A stretch of 64,000 bases of DNA, from positions 54,312,001-54,376,000 of the forward strand of contig OX597825.1 of NCBI GenBank assembly GCA_951406725.2, written 5' to 3'. The translations under genes and the position numbers were made by a program. Positions 1 through 12,206 of the stretch are shown here, piece after piece. The notes under the pieces are model-generated. The model saw only the letters and a list, made by a program, of their open reading frames with translations, had not been told where the DNA came from and did not search any database. Each line of letters starts with the position of its first letter. Positions within the stretch are counted from its first letter, which is position 1. This stretch comes from Octopus vulgaris. Taxonomy: Eukaryota.

Positions 1-206
1 ATATATATATATATAAATGTTCGTCAAATATGCCATCAATTTTTTAAGAAAGCATATTTATCGATTACATATTAACATCATGATTTCCAGTATCATGCTT
101 TCATTTGTGTTGTTTTTTCCTTAATTTGTTAATCACGTACATATACGCCCACACACATAAACAGATCACTACATACTGGTACGTAAACACGCACACGTTT
201 TCAATA

Positions 207-400
<194 letters not shown>

Positions 401-608
401 CATTTTTATCTATAATCGTGTAATGCCGGGCATGTTAATCTAAGTCAATGAGAGTGTGTTAAAATAACGTGAAAAAATTAAGAGCAACAGACATTTTTAT
501 CCAGTTTGGGAAATTATATATATTTTATAATAGATTGCCATCATTATGAACAAGTAAACAACATAATAATAATCTTAATACTCATTATACGCGTAATACT
601 AACAGTAG

Positions 609-840
<232 letters not shown>

Positions 841-948
841 TTTAATAAATCTTTCAAATTTAATTTCAAGGCCACCAATTTTGGATTAGGGGTATGTCAA
901 TTACATGACTGGTACTTCATTTCCGCGAACTATTATCATTATTGACCC

Positions 949-1165
949 AGGTGCTGAGCTGCCAGAGTCGTTGTCCCTCCGGGAAAAATCCTTAGCGACA
1001 TTTTGTCCGTCTTTGCGTTCTGAATTCAAACTCCGCAGCTGTCGACTTTGTCTTTCATTCTTTCGGGGTCGATAAACTAAGTACCATTTGAGTACTGAGA
1101 TCGATGTAATCGACTGATCACCTGCCCCAAATTTCAGGCTTTGTGCCTATAGTAGAAAGTATTAT
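949..1165 (+). mobile_element. tRNA-derived SINE, family A (octopus OK/OR-type)
   Basis: gagctg(g)cagaatcgtt...gttctgaattcaaactccgc...gtcgactttg(c)ctttcat(c)ctttcggggtcgataaa...agtacc; motif recurs more than 10 times in the window. Confidence 0.85.
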
Positions 1166-1185
1166 CATCATTATTGATGTCATGC

Positions 1186-1388
1186 TATTTTGTTTTTGGA
1201 TTTGGTTTGCAAGAGTCTTTATGGGAGTTCATGTGTTGAAGCATATGTTATTGTGTCTGGGTAGAGTCATCCTCTTTTAGTGCCTTATTACTTAACACAC
1301 ACACCGGTAAAGTTTCCACTCATTTACCTATTTATTTTTCTTATAAATTTCGTTGCGTCTTGCAACCTTTTCAATAGTCGTTGACTCT
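1186..1388 (-). mobile_element. Half copy of the palindromic repeat at 55719-56050 (probable PLE terminal-repeat remnant)
   Basis: ttgtgtctgggtagagtcat...gcaaccttttcaatagtcgttgactct aligns with 55722-55854; ggatttggtttgcaaga is the reverse complement of tcttgcaaaccaaatcc near 56022. Confidence 0.75.
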
Positions 1389-2016
1389 GTCCGGTTTCCG
1401 AGCTGCGTTCTTTTTACTTGTTTCTGCGCATGTATGTGGGTCAGTGTGTGTGCGGATACACGTTTATGTATGTATGCACGCATGTAAGTGTGTGTATGCA
1501 TGCCTGTACGCATGTATGTATGTGTGTGTGTGTGCGTATATATTTATGTATGTATGTGTGTGCGTTTGTATTTATATATTCTGTATATTTATGCGTTTGT
1601 GTGTTCGTGTTTCTGTGATTTTATGTGTGTGTAACTTTGTCTCCTTGTGTGTGCATGTCTGAATGTATCCGTGTCCGTGTATGTATGGGGGGGTGACTAT
1701 GTACTGTGTTTGTATGTATGGATGTATATCTCCATATGTGTGGATGTGTGTCTCCATGTGTGTGAAGTGAAGTGTGTGTGTATTATTATAGAATTTATAT
1801 TTCCAACATCAAAAACAATGATAATGATACTATCCATCATAGTTCTATGCAGATATGTATTTGACGTATGTATTTACATTACTGAAATGATGTTGTATAC
1901 ATACAGATATATACATACTTGTGTGTGCGTGTTTTGTATGGGTAGGTGCTTTTGTGTGTGTACGTGCTTTTGTGTGTGTGTGCCTGTGTATATACACATA
2001 TATGTGCTTAAATATA

Positions 2017-2800
2017 CAGTGTGCGATGTATAAATTGTTGCCATTTTGTATTTCTTATTTCTCGCATGCATATTGTTTGCTTTTGATTTTGTCAACAAGA
2101 CAGTATAGAAGGGTCAGTTAGGCACCGTCTGTGAGAAAAACAGCACCACGATACAATTCACTCTGCCAAAAATTCGAAAATCACATGCTGTACTGCTTGG
2201 CATTCCCGCCGGAAGGTCCAATACGAACAATTCAGAGTGTTTGGATAGCAATCTGAGGACAGTACAATCTGCAGACGTACTCAGAGTGATAAAAATCAAA
2301 CATCCTGTAAAGATCATGGTGTTTGCAATGATGACTAATGGTGGCGACGTTATGCCATTATTCATCGGCCTCGGATTCAACACGGAGGCCTACATCAAGT
2401 GCATGGATGGCGGAATGCTGCTCTGGGTCAAGAGAGTGGTTGCTGCACCATGCCACACCAGCAGCAGAACCCAATCATAGCTGTTAGACAATTTCTGCGA
2501 CCATATTACCCTAACATCTGGCCACCTATCTCCCCAGACTGCAACCCTTTGATTATTATGTGCGGGGCGCAGTTGAGCGAGAGACCAGCAACACTCCTTG
2601 TTATGATTGCAACATTCACCAACTTAAACAAAGAGACCATCCAGAAGAGTTGCAGGAGATTCAAAAGTCGTCTGGAAGCTGTAGTTGAAGCCAATGGCGA
2701 TTTTATTGAATAAATTTAGTATTTCAAGATATATTTATGAAATTATATTAAATACAGCTATTAAAATGAGATGTCAGTGTTATTTTCATTTTTGCGTAAC
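2017..2800 (+). mobile_element. Tc1/mariner transposon relic, maT/DD37D-like, internally deleted
   Basis: Left TIR ta|cagtgtgcgatgtataaattgttgcc; peptides IKIKHPVKIMVF, WPPISPDCNPL and RRFKSRLEAVVEANGDFIE*; same family as 21536-22630. Confidence 0.85.
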
Positions 2801-2814
2801 ATGCTTACAAATAT

Positions 2815-3140
2815 GTATATGGACACAGATATCAGCTGTAATGTGGAAAAGAATACATGTAAAGTTTGATCAAATAAATATTTAATTCAAAAGCTTGGCT
2901 GTTACTCGATAACATAGAAGACAGATGTGAAAGTGGATTGGATTTTAGTTGAGGTAGCGATAATCCATAATCTCTGAGAATTATTGGTCAGAATAGAATG
3001 GAGAAAAGAGAAAGCATGCGGTAAGGATATGATTGTAAACAAACACATTTTTAGTTTACTTTGTAGATGATTTCAAGTTAGTCAGCGAGGAGGGTTTTAG
3101 GATGCGTATGTAACCAGTCTGCCATTGTGAGTTTAACATG
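2815..3140 (-). mobile_element. Degenerate LINE (APE endonuclease region, CR1/L2/Jockey-like)
   Basis: Minus-strand fragments [20 protein letters not shown]...ADICVH resemble the APE segment before the GDFN motif; weak. Confidence 0.35.
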
Positions 3141-3517
3141 AACTACACTTTCTCTGTCAATATATTTATCGAGGATGTACACACGAAAGATAAGCCCAAC
3201 ATATCTAACTGTCTATCCGTCGGCCTTTCTGCACCTCTTTTTGTGCATATGTATGTGCGTATGCATACATAGACATGGACACAAACACAAGAATATATTC
3301 CATTAGTTAAAAATTTAACTTTCATTGCATTATTGTTCCACTCTTCATCAAACGCATGGACACACACACTTTCTCTTTCTCTCTTTTATGTTATATATGA
3401 ATGTGTGTCCATCTATATATTTGTCGCTTTGTCCACGCTTCTCTCTCTTTCCTGTCGCTAAACTTGTACAAATATACATTCGCACACAGATATGCATACA
3501 TATATATATATATATAT

Positions 3518-3900
3518 ACTAGCAGTATCGCCCGGCGTTGCTCAGGTTTGTAAGGGAAATAACTATAAAGCATTTTTAGAGAGTTATAGCCAAAAAATAG
3601 CCAAAAAATGGGAAAAAAATGATGGTAAATTTTTTTTAGAGTTAAAAAAGGTGGAGTTGCATCCCCTAGACGGTCTGTGGTTTGGGTTTCTGATTCTCGA
3701 CCCCATGTCGAATTTATCGATTTTTTTCAGAACTGGGGGAACTTTTCAAAATTTTCGCTGCGTTAGTTTTGAATTATGACATTGGGCTATGTGTGTGTCA
3801 AGTTTCATCAGAATCGGTTGAAAGCCGTGGTCAGGGTGAGGGTACGAGAAAACAGACACACAGAAGCACGCACAGACAAACTGCCGTTTATATATAGAGA
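3518..3900 (-). mobile_element. Non-autonomous Helitron (Lep1/HINE-like architecture)
   Basis: On minus strand: 5' TCTCTATATATAAACGGC start, 3' subterminal GC-rich imperfect hairpin (cctgagcaacgccggg) then CTAGT end; internal aagtttcatcagaatcggttg and acagac repeats; inserted in (TA)n with no TSD. Confidence 0.75.
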
Positions 3901-3919
3901 TATATATATATATATATAT

Positions 3920-4218
3920 AAAATTTAATAAGGGTAGAAATTGATATTAATCAATTAAAACCAGTGGCCTAGCATATTACAAAAATCCGAAGATTAAAAT
4001 ACTTTTACATACAAAATTTAAAGGACTGACCACTAAAAGCGGACGGTCAACATGCTAGATATAGACGTCAAATCGCTATTTTCCACAAAGAATATGTTCT
4101 CAAATAAAAATCCAACACGAACCAAAGCATTAAGAATAGGCAAAACAAATGAAAATATGCGAAATAAAAATGATTACCTATGTACCGATCAGTTTCGATT
4201 GTTATTATCCACGCATGT

Positions 4219-4222
<4 letters not shown>
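3920..4222 (-). mobile_element. Probable Penelope-like terminal repeat fragment with truncated HHR half
   Basis: Minus strand reads cGAAA-ctgatcgg-TA at about 4185-4199; CUGANGA half replaced by (TA)n; flanked by (TA)n on both sides. Confidence 0.4.
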
Positions 4223-4267
<45 letters not shown>

Positions 4268-4295
4268 TAGATAGATAGATGGAGATACACACACG

Positions 4296-4362
<67 letters not shown>

Positions 4363-4366
<4 letters not shown>

Positions 4367-4439
4367 CATAGAAGACAGATGTGAAAGTGGATTGGATTTT
4401 AGTTGAGGTAGCGATAATCCATAATCTCTGAGAATTATT
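4363..4439 (+). repeat. 77-bp direct copy of 2909-2985
   Basis: ataacatagaagacagatgtgaaagtgg...tctctgagaattatt identical at both sites. Confidence 0.95.
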
Positions 4440-4743
4440 TTTACCCCCGCCCATATATGACACTCGATTGCAAAATTGCCACGCAAGGACCAATACATGG
4501 GTATTAATAATTGGGCACACTACCAGCGGTATATTGAATAGGTTCTATCTCTTAGTTGGCTTCCCAACAGCTAGCTCTCACGGAAATACACACACACACA
4601 CCACACACACACATACACACACACACACACACACAAACACACATATATATATGTGTGTTTGTGTGTGTGTGTGTGTGTGTATATGTATTGGTCCTTGCGT
4701 GGCAATTTTGCAATCGAGTGTCATATATGGGCGGGGGTAAAAA
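4438..4743. repeat. About 60-bp perfect inverted repeat (4438-4498 / 4683-4743)
   Basis: tttttacccccgcccatatatgacactcg...ggaccaatacat versus atgtattggtcc...atatgggcgggggtaaaaa. Confidence 0.92.
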
Positions 4744-5340
4744 GTGGTTTACCCTTAATTTATATGGCAAAAAGGAAATGGAGTGGATACAAAATTGACA
4801 TACATCAGACGGTAGACATTCTATTATGTCTATTTATTCCGAAATAAAAGGGTGTCATACTCACTTTAGTACCAACTGACATCCTACGCACGTGTGTGTG
4901 TGAGTATGTGTGTTTGTGTGTGTGTGTGAGTGTGTGTGTGAGTGTGTGTGTGTCTGTGTGTGTGTTTGTGTGTGTGTGTGTGAGTGTGTGTGTGAGTGTG
5001 TGTGTGTGTGTGTGTGTGTTTCAAATCCACCACTGTAAACACAAACATAACGTGTATTTATATGTAAACAAAATAAGTACCACTACCCAAACTTACCCTT
5101 CCTGATAAACTCATCCTTAGAACGAATATAACTACCTATCCAACACTGGACAAAATAACATGAATCTTGAAAAGCAACACTTGAAGTCTATGACTTATTT
5201 CTCTTTTACTACTAAATTTTACTCCTCTCACACTCTAAGTCTGGATCCTATTCTTCTGATGCCCTCTTCAATAAAAAAAAAATATAGTACCTATTAGTAA
5301 CTGAATCTTGTATGTATCGGTTCTTCTAAACATTTAGAAC

Positions 5341-5463
5341 ACTCTGATGAAGCCTAGAGGCACACTCAACAGCCAAACACTAACTACGCATCCTTACAGA
5401 ATATTGCATAGATGGAGCTAGCATGGATGATATCGTGGCCTCTTGCCAGAAACGGCTGTAAGG
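5341..5463 (+). ncRNA. Hammerhead ribozyme-like motif (type I, long stem II) in probable PLE remnant 5040-5600
   Basis: CTGATGA at 5344-5350; stem II agaggc/gcctct; GAAA at 5449-5452; cggctg near-palindrome; GTA triplet; stem I only 2 bp. Confidence 0.55.
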
Positions 5464-5669
5464 AACTGATCTTTTAATCTTTAACTCTTTTACGTATTAC
5501 GTATTAACTCTTTTACGTATTACTAGTATGCATTTGTAGCAAAAACTGTGCAGCACACAATCTTTGCATGTATTCTTATAATACTGCCTTTTATTTTAGA
5601 ATAAATAGATATATTAGAATATCTAACGGTTGATATATGTCATTTTTGTATCTCCTCAGTTTTCTTTTT

Positions 5670-5797
<128 letters not shown>

Positions 5798-6559
5798 CAT
5801 ACATATGTGTGTGTGCGCGTTCGTGTATGTGCATGCATTTGTGTATGTACACATGTGCATACCAACATAGATAAATATGTAACACACATTTACATACATA
5901 TACTTATATTTTAAAATGCTTATGTGTACACACACATATACATATGCATATGCATGCTTATAGCTAGATTTCATTTCCATGTAGTTTATGATCTTTGTCA
6001 ACCATGAATTCTTTAGAGTTGACATGTCAAATTTGATGCCATCTCTTCTAGACATCCGATCTCGAAGTGTGTTATCAGTTTAAAAGTCGACATATCTATT
6101 CAATACTGATCATTAAATCTGGTCAATGGATCGAAATAAAATAAGCAAGTGTGTTTTAATAAGCGTATTATATAATTGGTTCCAAGTTGAAGAGGTTGAT
6201 ATTTTAACTCGGCAATAAATAATAGCAAAAAGCAAAATATAACTTTATACAAGAGCTGTTGAGTAAAAATTACAAACTTAACATTTTAGAAAGAATAATT
6301 TTTTCTTCTCAGTTTCATATATTAATGCCTTAAGATTATAAAATATATTGTATTATTTAATTTTAGCACAACTACCAAATAGAAATGAATAATGATTATT
6401 AGCACGTTGCTGTTATGTTGCTATGTTATTTCTTATAGAGAGTCTAATATGATATTCAGTGAAGTTACAGCCACTATACAAATCAAAAATGTCGCCCGAC
6501 TTATCAATGTTTGTGTCAAGAAAGTAGTAAGACATAAGTATACTGTATTATTTCTGTGC

Positions 6560-6910
6560 CCCGCTTATCCTGAAATTAGGTACGATTGTGCTCCCTAAAA
6601 TACCTTAACGATTCGTCCTTACCTCATATCAAACTATCACCGTAGGACTCCACACTTATGGAAATTTCTTCTGAACTGAGATGTCACAGAGAATTAGATC
6701 AAGACAAACTTCATATGTATTGAACAAACAATACTTTGAGCTCGAGTTGTTTTCATATATTGAATTGTAATTCTTTTCTCGACAAGAGGAAGATGAAATG
6801 CAAATATCTCTTCTTGGAAATGTATATTGGTATTATTAAAGGAAGGGACATAAAATACAGTAATTTTTTTTTACGGCGTTCTACTAAGTCTGCTTCTTCA
6901 CTACGCTTTG
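6560..6910 (+). mobile_element. Penelope-like reverse transcriptase relic
   Basis: Frameshifted peptides KQYFELE and EEDEMQISLL/EMYIGIIKGRDIKYS..RRSTKS resemble the PLE RT motif ExENNKISFLDI..FSVYRKPT. Confidence 0.45.
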
Positions 6911-7068
6911 ATATTGGTTTCAAATATTTGAACAAGGGCAGCAATTTTGGGGGAAATTAAATGAACAGGGATGTACATGTCGTTAGCTACTAAGGGACAT
7001 GCTGACAACGGGCATGTCTGGGTTAGCGAATAGAATATTTTCAGTAGCCCATCTTTTATGCCAAGACG

Positions 7069-7156
<88 letters not shown>

Positions 7157-7189
7157 CAACAATAATAATAATAATTGTGCCATTCTTTA

Positions 7190-8060
7190 GGAAATTGGAG
7201 GTCAAAAGACTTCATCAAAGGAAGACATGAAAATGATTGATCATACGAGGTACAAACACTTGGGCATACTGGAGGTGAATGAGAGAATGGAAGAAGAAAT
7301 GGAGAAGAGCTTTACTCCGAAATCTTTGGTTGATGTCGTATTCAACACTGGATGGAAGAAATCACGCAGTCAATATATAGGCGATTTCATTATTGATATA
7401 TGTCGCAGGTATTACCAATCGGAGGAAAGGAGAAGCACAATGACTGGACCAGAAATTGAGAAACTACTTACAATGCACAGAAAATTCACCCAAAATATGC
7501 TGACAGACCTTATCTAATAAGGATTTAAGGTGGCAGAGTGCTATTCAGTTCTGAATGGTGCAGATGCTCAGAAGAAAATAATCTGTGTGGTATATCAAGT
7601 TTGCCACAGAGCCATTGCTAGTTCGTGAGAATATTTAGTATAGTCAGGCAGATTCTTACATGAAGAAAGAGTAGGAAGAAAACAAAAGTAAGGAGGATGA
7701 AGAAAATCGGAATGGAGAGAAATGTACGGGCACTATGCACGAGAGGTAAGCAGGATACAAAGAGCAGTGGAAGGAGGCACTGGCTAACGATACAGAAGCG
7801 CTTGTCTGTGCTGCGCAAAGAGAAGCAGGTAGGGCAAGTTATATCAAATGCATAATAGAGAATACAGCAGAAAGAGACAGATGCATGTTGCGGTGATAAA
7901 AATGAAACTGCATGGCATACTGTGAAGGAATGCACGAAGCTGGCTCAAAAAGAATAGATGACAAAATAATGCGCAAGGATAATTTGTTGGAAGATGTTTG
8001 TGGAACACCGTTCAGAAAGGAGCCTGCTAAGTTAAACCGAAAAGTATTGAAAATCATAAG
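7190..8060 (+). mobile_element. Dong/R4-clade non-LTR retrotransposon relic (RT thumb region)
   Basis: RYKHLGILEV, KLLTMHRKF, DRPYL..GGRVL fragments match R4/Dong YKYLGILE..RKLLTMH..DRLYL..GGRGL; follows a (TAA)n tract. Confidence 0.75.
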
Positions 8061-8509
8061 GACTTTCTGATTGACCCAGGACCCAACTCCTGTTACACCT
8101 GGTGCTCTAAGTGGGGTCAGCCCCAACGCGCTAGCGCTGCGTACCGGTGAACAAGCAAAACACATACCTTATGTGCGGTGGATAATATTTACAACGCTAG
8201 CGCTGCTTCTAATGCGTAATTGAATTTACACCTACGTATGCATAAAAGCAAACGGAATTTACACTCTTTGTATATATTCATAGACTGGCAATTCAGTTCG
8301 CCCACGTTTCGATCCAGGTACGTGATGTTGAGAAGCTACAAAAATGGCGAAATATCATTATTCATCAATCTTGAACGAGATTAGGTGTGAGTCGTCTCAC
8401 TTGTGTATGACTTTCAGATGTTTTAACAGCCAGTGTGTGTGTTTGTGTGGGGGGTGAGGGTGTGTGTGTTTGTGTGTGTATGTAATAATTGGATCAATGT
8501 ATTGGATCA

Positions 8510-8608
8510 TCGAGAAATAGAAAACAACACATCGCCCGTTCCAGGAATCGAAATCACAATTTTACGATCGTGAGTGAAATACCATAACTGATTAGCCACG
8601 CGCCTCCC
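8510..8608 (-). mobile_element. tRNA-like SINE head (family C, as 33216)
   Basis: Reverse complement ggaggcgcgtggctaatcagtt...gatttcgattcctggaacgggcg with A- and B-box-like motifs. Confidence 0.7.
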
Positions 8609-8788
8609 AGTATATATATGCATAAGTATATATATATATAAATATATACATATATATGTGTGTATATTTATATATATATATATATATGTGTGTGTATATA
8701 TATTCATTTATATATATATATATATATTTATATATATGTAGATATATATATATGTGTGTGTGTGTGTAAGTATACATACATATATATG

Positions 8789-8856
<68 letters not shown>

Positions 8857-9059
8857 GAGAGAGAGAGAGACTTACATGTGTGAATATATGATTGAAGATA
8901 TATGCATGGCAGATTACAGAACAGACAGACACACATATATACATGTGGAGATAAATAGAGGGATAGATAAATAGATATATACATACATACACACATACGT
9001 ATGTATATATATGTTCCTATGCATTTATACACATATGTATCTATACTCACATATCCTGT

Positions 9060-9370
9060 TTTTATTGCTTATGAAAGTCTTATCAAAAAGATCAGGAAAA
9101 TTGTTTGGTATTGCTGACACATTAATTGTGAGGTGGTTTTCTTTGAGCGAGTATTACGTTAGATCCCTTGGGAAGGGTGTATTTGTTGACAAACCCTATT
9201 CGCTTGCGTCATTAATATTACTGCTTTTTGTTATATAATAGTCATATATTGTGAACGCCTGGAGATTTTTGCTGTTATCTGCAAAAATAAATACTTCCAA
9301 GGATACTCGGTTATATTTCCTCAAATATTGCATTTCGCAAAACTTTGTAATTATTCTTACATTCCCAGTC
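9060..9370 (-). mobile_element. CR1/L2-like LINE RT relic
   Basis: FIFADNSKNL...INDASE...ENHLTINVS resembles FADDTKL..LQ.DL..W...N.L.FNV.K. Confidence 0.45.
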
Positions 9371-10196
9371 CTCATGCGCATACGCACGCTCACACACACA
9401 GACAAACAAACACACACATGCTTCGTAAGCATATTTATACTTGCAAACTTGCACATACGCAAACAAACATAAAGCCACACAGGAACATACACGCGGATAG
9501 ACACACTCACACATACCCACACATTTGTTTGCATTAAATTTGATATACTCTCTTTGAACTCCATGCAGCCAAGATATTACATCACAACTGTAAACCGCTG
9601 AGGTCTTACATAGTGTTTTATATATTGAATTCCATGTTCCACATTCGTCAAAGTGAATGTTCTTAGCTCATATGCATACATACATAGACACGTGCATATC
9701 TAACATAAGTACTTATTTACATGTATACATATATGCATATTAGCAAGGGATTGATTCAATTTCGTACTTACAATGGCTTTGCTGTAACTAGATCCCCCTT
9801 CTAAGTTATTTGAAGTTGTTTTCATGTGCAGCTGTTAGTAAAACAGTGATAAGCATGTAAGAGCTATGCGGATGTGAGACCGATCAGAGACGTTGATTAA
9901 CTTGATGCCCACTTGTTTATATATTTGTATGATTACATTGAAATAATAGGAATATTTCTGGCTATGTACGGTAATACTAACTTATTATACAGATGGCCGT
10001 CACTGCACTCCTATCATAAGCTGGGTAATGGCATTCCGCAATGTTTCGTTGTATCTTATAGATCGCATATTTATATACAGATTGTAACACCACAGACACA
10101 CAAACACACACACACTCACACAAATGTATGTCTATATATGTATGTAAATGTAGATAGAAATACATGCATACATGCTTATATTTGAACACGTATGTA

Positions 10197-10278
<82 letters not shown>

Positions 10279-10303
10279 TATATAGATAGATAGATAGATA
10301 GAC

Positions 10304-10356
<53 letters not shown>

Positions 10357-10399
10357 CGCACACACGTGTGTGCGTATATATAAACGAGATGATATCATA

Positions 10400-10650
10400 T
10401 AGTTCCAGGACTAGGTGTTTTTTTTTTAAATATAAGTTATTTACGAAAGTTTTAACATTGTCCTCTTCGAAATAGTCCCCATGCGTAGCAATCCCCCGAT
10501 CCCAGCGTTCCTGTCACTTTTTTTCCGAAAGAGTCTCGAGAATTCACTCTGGATTTCGACAACAGTGTTAAAATGATGACCTTATAGCTGCCTTTTCATC
10601 ATGGGGAAGAGATAGAAGTCCACAGGTGCTAAATCTGTGGAATAGAACCT
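10400..10650 (-). mobile_element. mariner transposase C-terminal fragment and right end
   Basis: YSTDLAPVDFYLFPMMKRQL matches the YSPDLAPxDF mariner motif. Confidence 0.8.
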
Positions 10651-11007
10651 TGCAAAGGGAATGTTGAAGTTTAACGAAAATGGAGAAGTGGAGAAAGAAA
10701 AAGGTAAGAGTGGCAACAGGTTTAATGGATATTTTCTGGAAAATAAAAAGCCTAAAAAGTCTGAAATGGTCATTCGCGGAACTTATGTACAAGAAAGGAT
10801 AATGGACTAAGTACCGAATTGACAGACTGGACACCACTCCAATAAAAAGAAAGAGTGGAATACCATGCAGCAGGAGTTGGAATGAAGACTTTGTTAAGAT
10901 TTTTAGCACCATAAAATGGCTGATGGATGAGGAAAATATCAGACCGTGTTTTCTGGAGAGAATACACTGATGCATTCGCCCTGCAGTGAACTGAACATGT
11001 GCAAGCA
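10650..11007 (+). mobile_element. RTE-clade LINE 3' fragment
   Basis: KSLKWSFA..TDWTPL..KRKSG..RSWNEDFVKIF..AFALQ* resembles the RTE C-terminus (KWxWAGH..W.P..KR.RGRP..RW). Confidence 0.6.
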
Positions 11008-11039
<32 letters not shown>

Positions 11040-11043
<4 letters not shown>

Positions 11044-12206
11044 CATGCTCTTCCAGTTCTGTTCTACCTCGTCTACAGAATTCATATTTTTTCCATCTAA
11101 ATGATACTGAAGAGTGCAGAATAAATGATAATCAGATGGTGTAATGGGGAATATGGTGGGTGCGGCATCGTTTTCCATTCAAACTGTCCAGCATTTCGAT
11201 TGTCATCCTGATGGATGAACATATTTCGTCTTGAAAACAAAGATAGTCGTTTTCCTTCTAGTTCTGACTTAAGCCGCTCAAGCTGCTTGCAGTAGATCCC
11301 CTTTATTAGTGTTTGGTTTGGGTTTCAAAATTCAAAGTGGATTAAACCTTTCATTTCTCCCCAAACAGATAACAATACCTTACATGAGGGGAGACCTTCT
11401 TTAGCCTAGAGCACGGTGTTTCTCCTTTCCATACCACTGTCTTCGGCGCTTGCAAGGCCCCTCTTCCAAAATTCACTTGTCCATGTTTTTCCTTTCGCTA
11501 CCCGGTGTTTTCGGCACTGGACATTTTTATAGAGAATCTATTTCTCGCCACCAGTCACTATTCGGTCCAAATAAAGTTCATTCTTGAGACGTGACAGGAA
11601 AGAAAAGCACACATTCACTCTCTGCACGCGAATAGACCCGAAATGTTTGTGATGACCCAATTTGTTGACTTTTCCAATCGACCCAATTTTTTTACTTTTC
11701 CGATGGCACGCAAATGTCACTGAATGGTTGAATGACTAAATCCAATCTTCTCTGCTGTTTCCTCAACAGTTACAATGGGACTTTGTTCCACCAGAGTTTG
11801 CAGGGTATTCTCATCGAGCTTCACAGATCTTGCAGGACTTGGCTCGTCTTCTAAGCAGTAGTTTCTGACTCGGAATTTCAGGAACCACCGTTGACACTGA
11901 CTTACGCCTACTGTCCGATCCCTATATACTGCATTAATATTCCTCGCACTTTCCGTTGCGTTGTTGCCTTTATTGAACTCATGAATCAAAAAATGCCCAA
12001 TATGCTCCTTTGTTTCTTACATTATAGCTTTGAAAATATAATTGTTAAAATCGGACGACACTTTCAAAACCTGCACTAATAATAAGGCCCAAGAGAAATT
12101 TAGTGCCAGCTTTTACAGCAAGTTGATGCAGCTAATTTATCGAGTCCTCTCCGACTTTTACCCCATGCAATTGAAAAAAACACATTATTTATGGGATGAC
12201 TCATGT
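11040..12206 (-). mobile_element. Near full-length decayed mariner (DD34D) transposon
   Basis: MIHEFNKGNNATESARNINAVY..QCQRWFLKFR..LEDEPSPAR (HTH region), LDRIVTGGEK, ITPSDYHLF..LDGK; TIR-like gagtcatcccataaataatg at about 12183-12202; several frameshifts and stops. Confidence 0.92.

Noticed and set aside
11040-12206. Active or domesticated (SETMAR-like) mariner transposase
   Set aside because: Several frameshifts and stops, first catalytic Asp altered (TGGEK), 3' end truncated by (TA)n, and no SET domain nearby.
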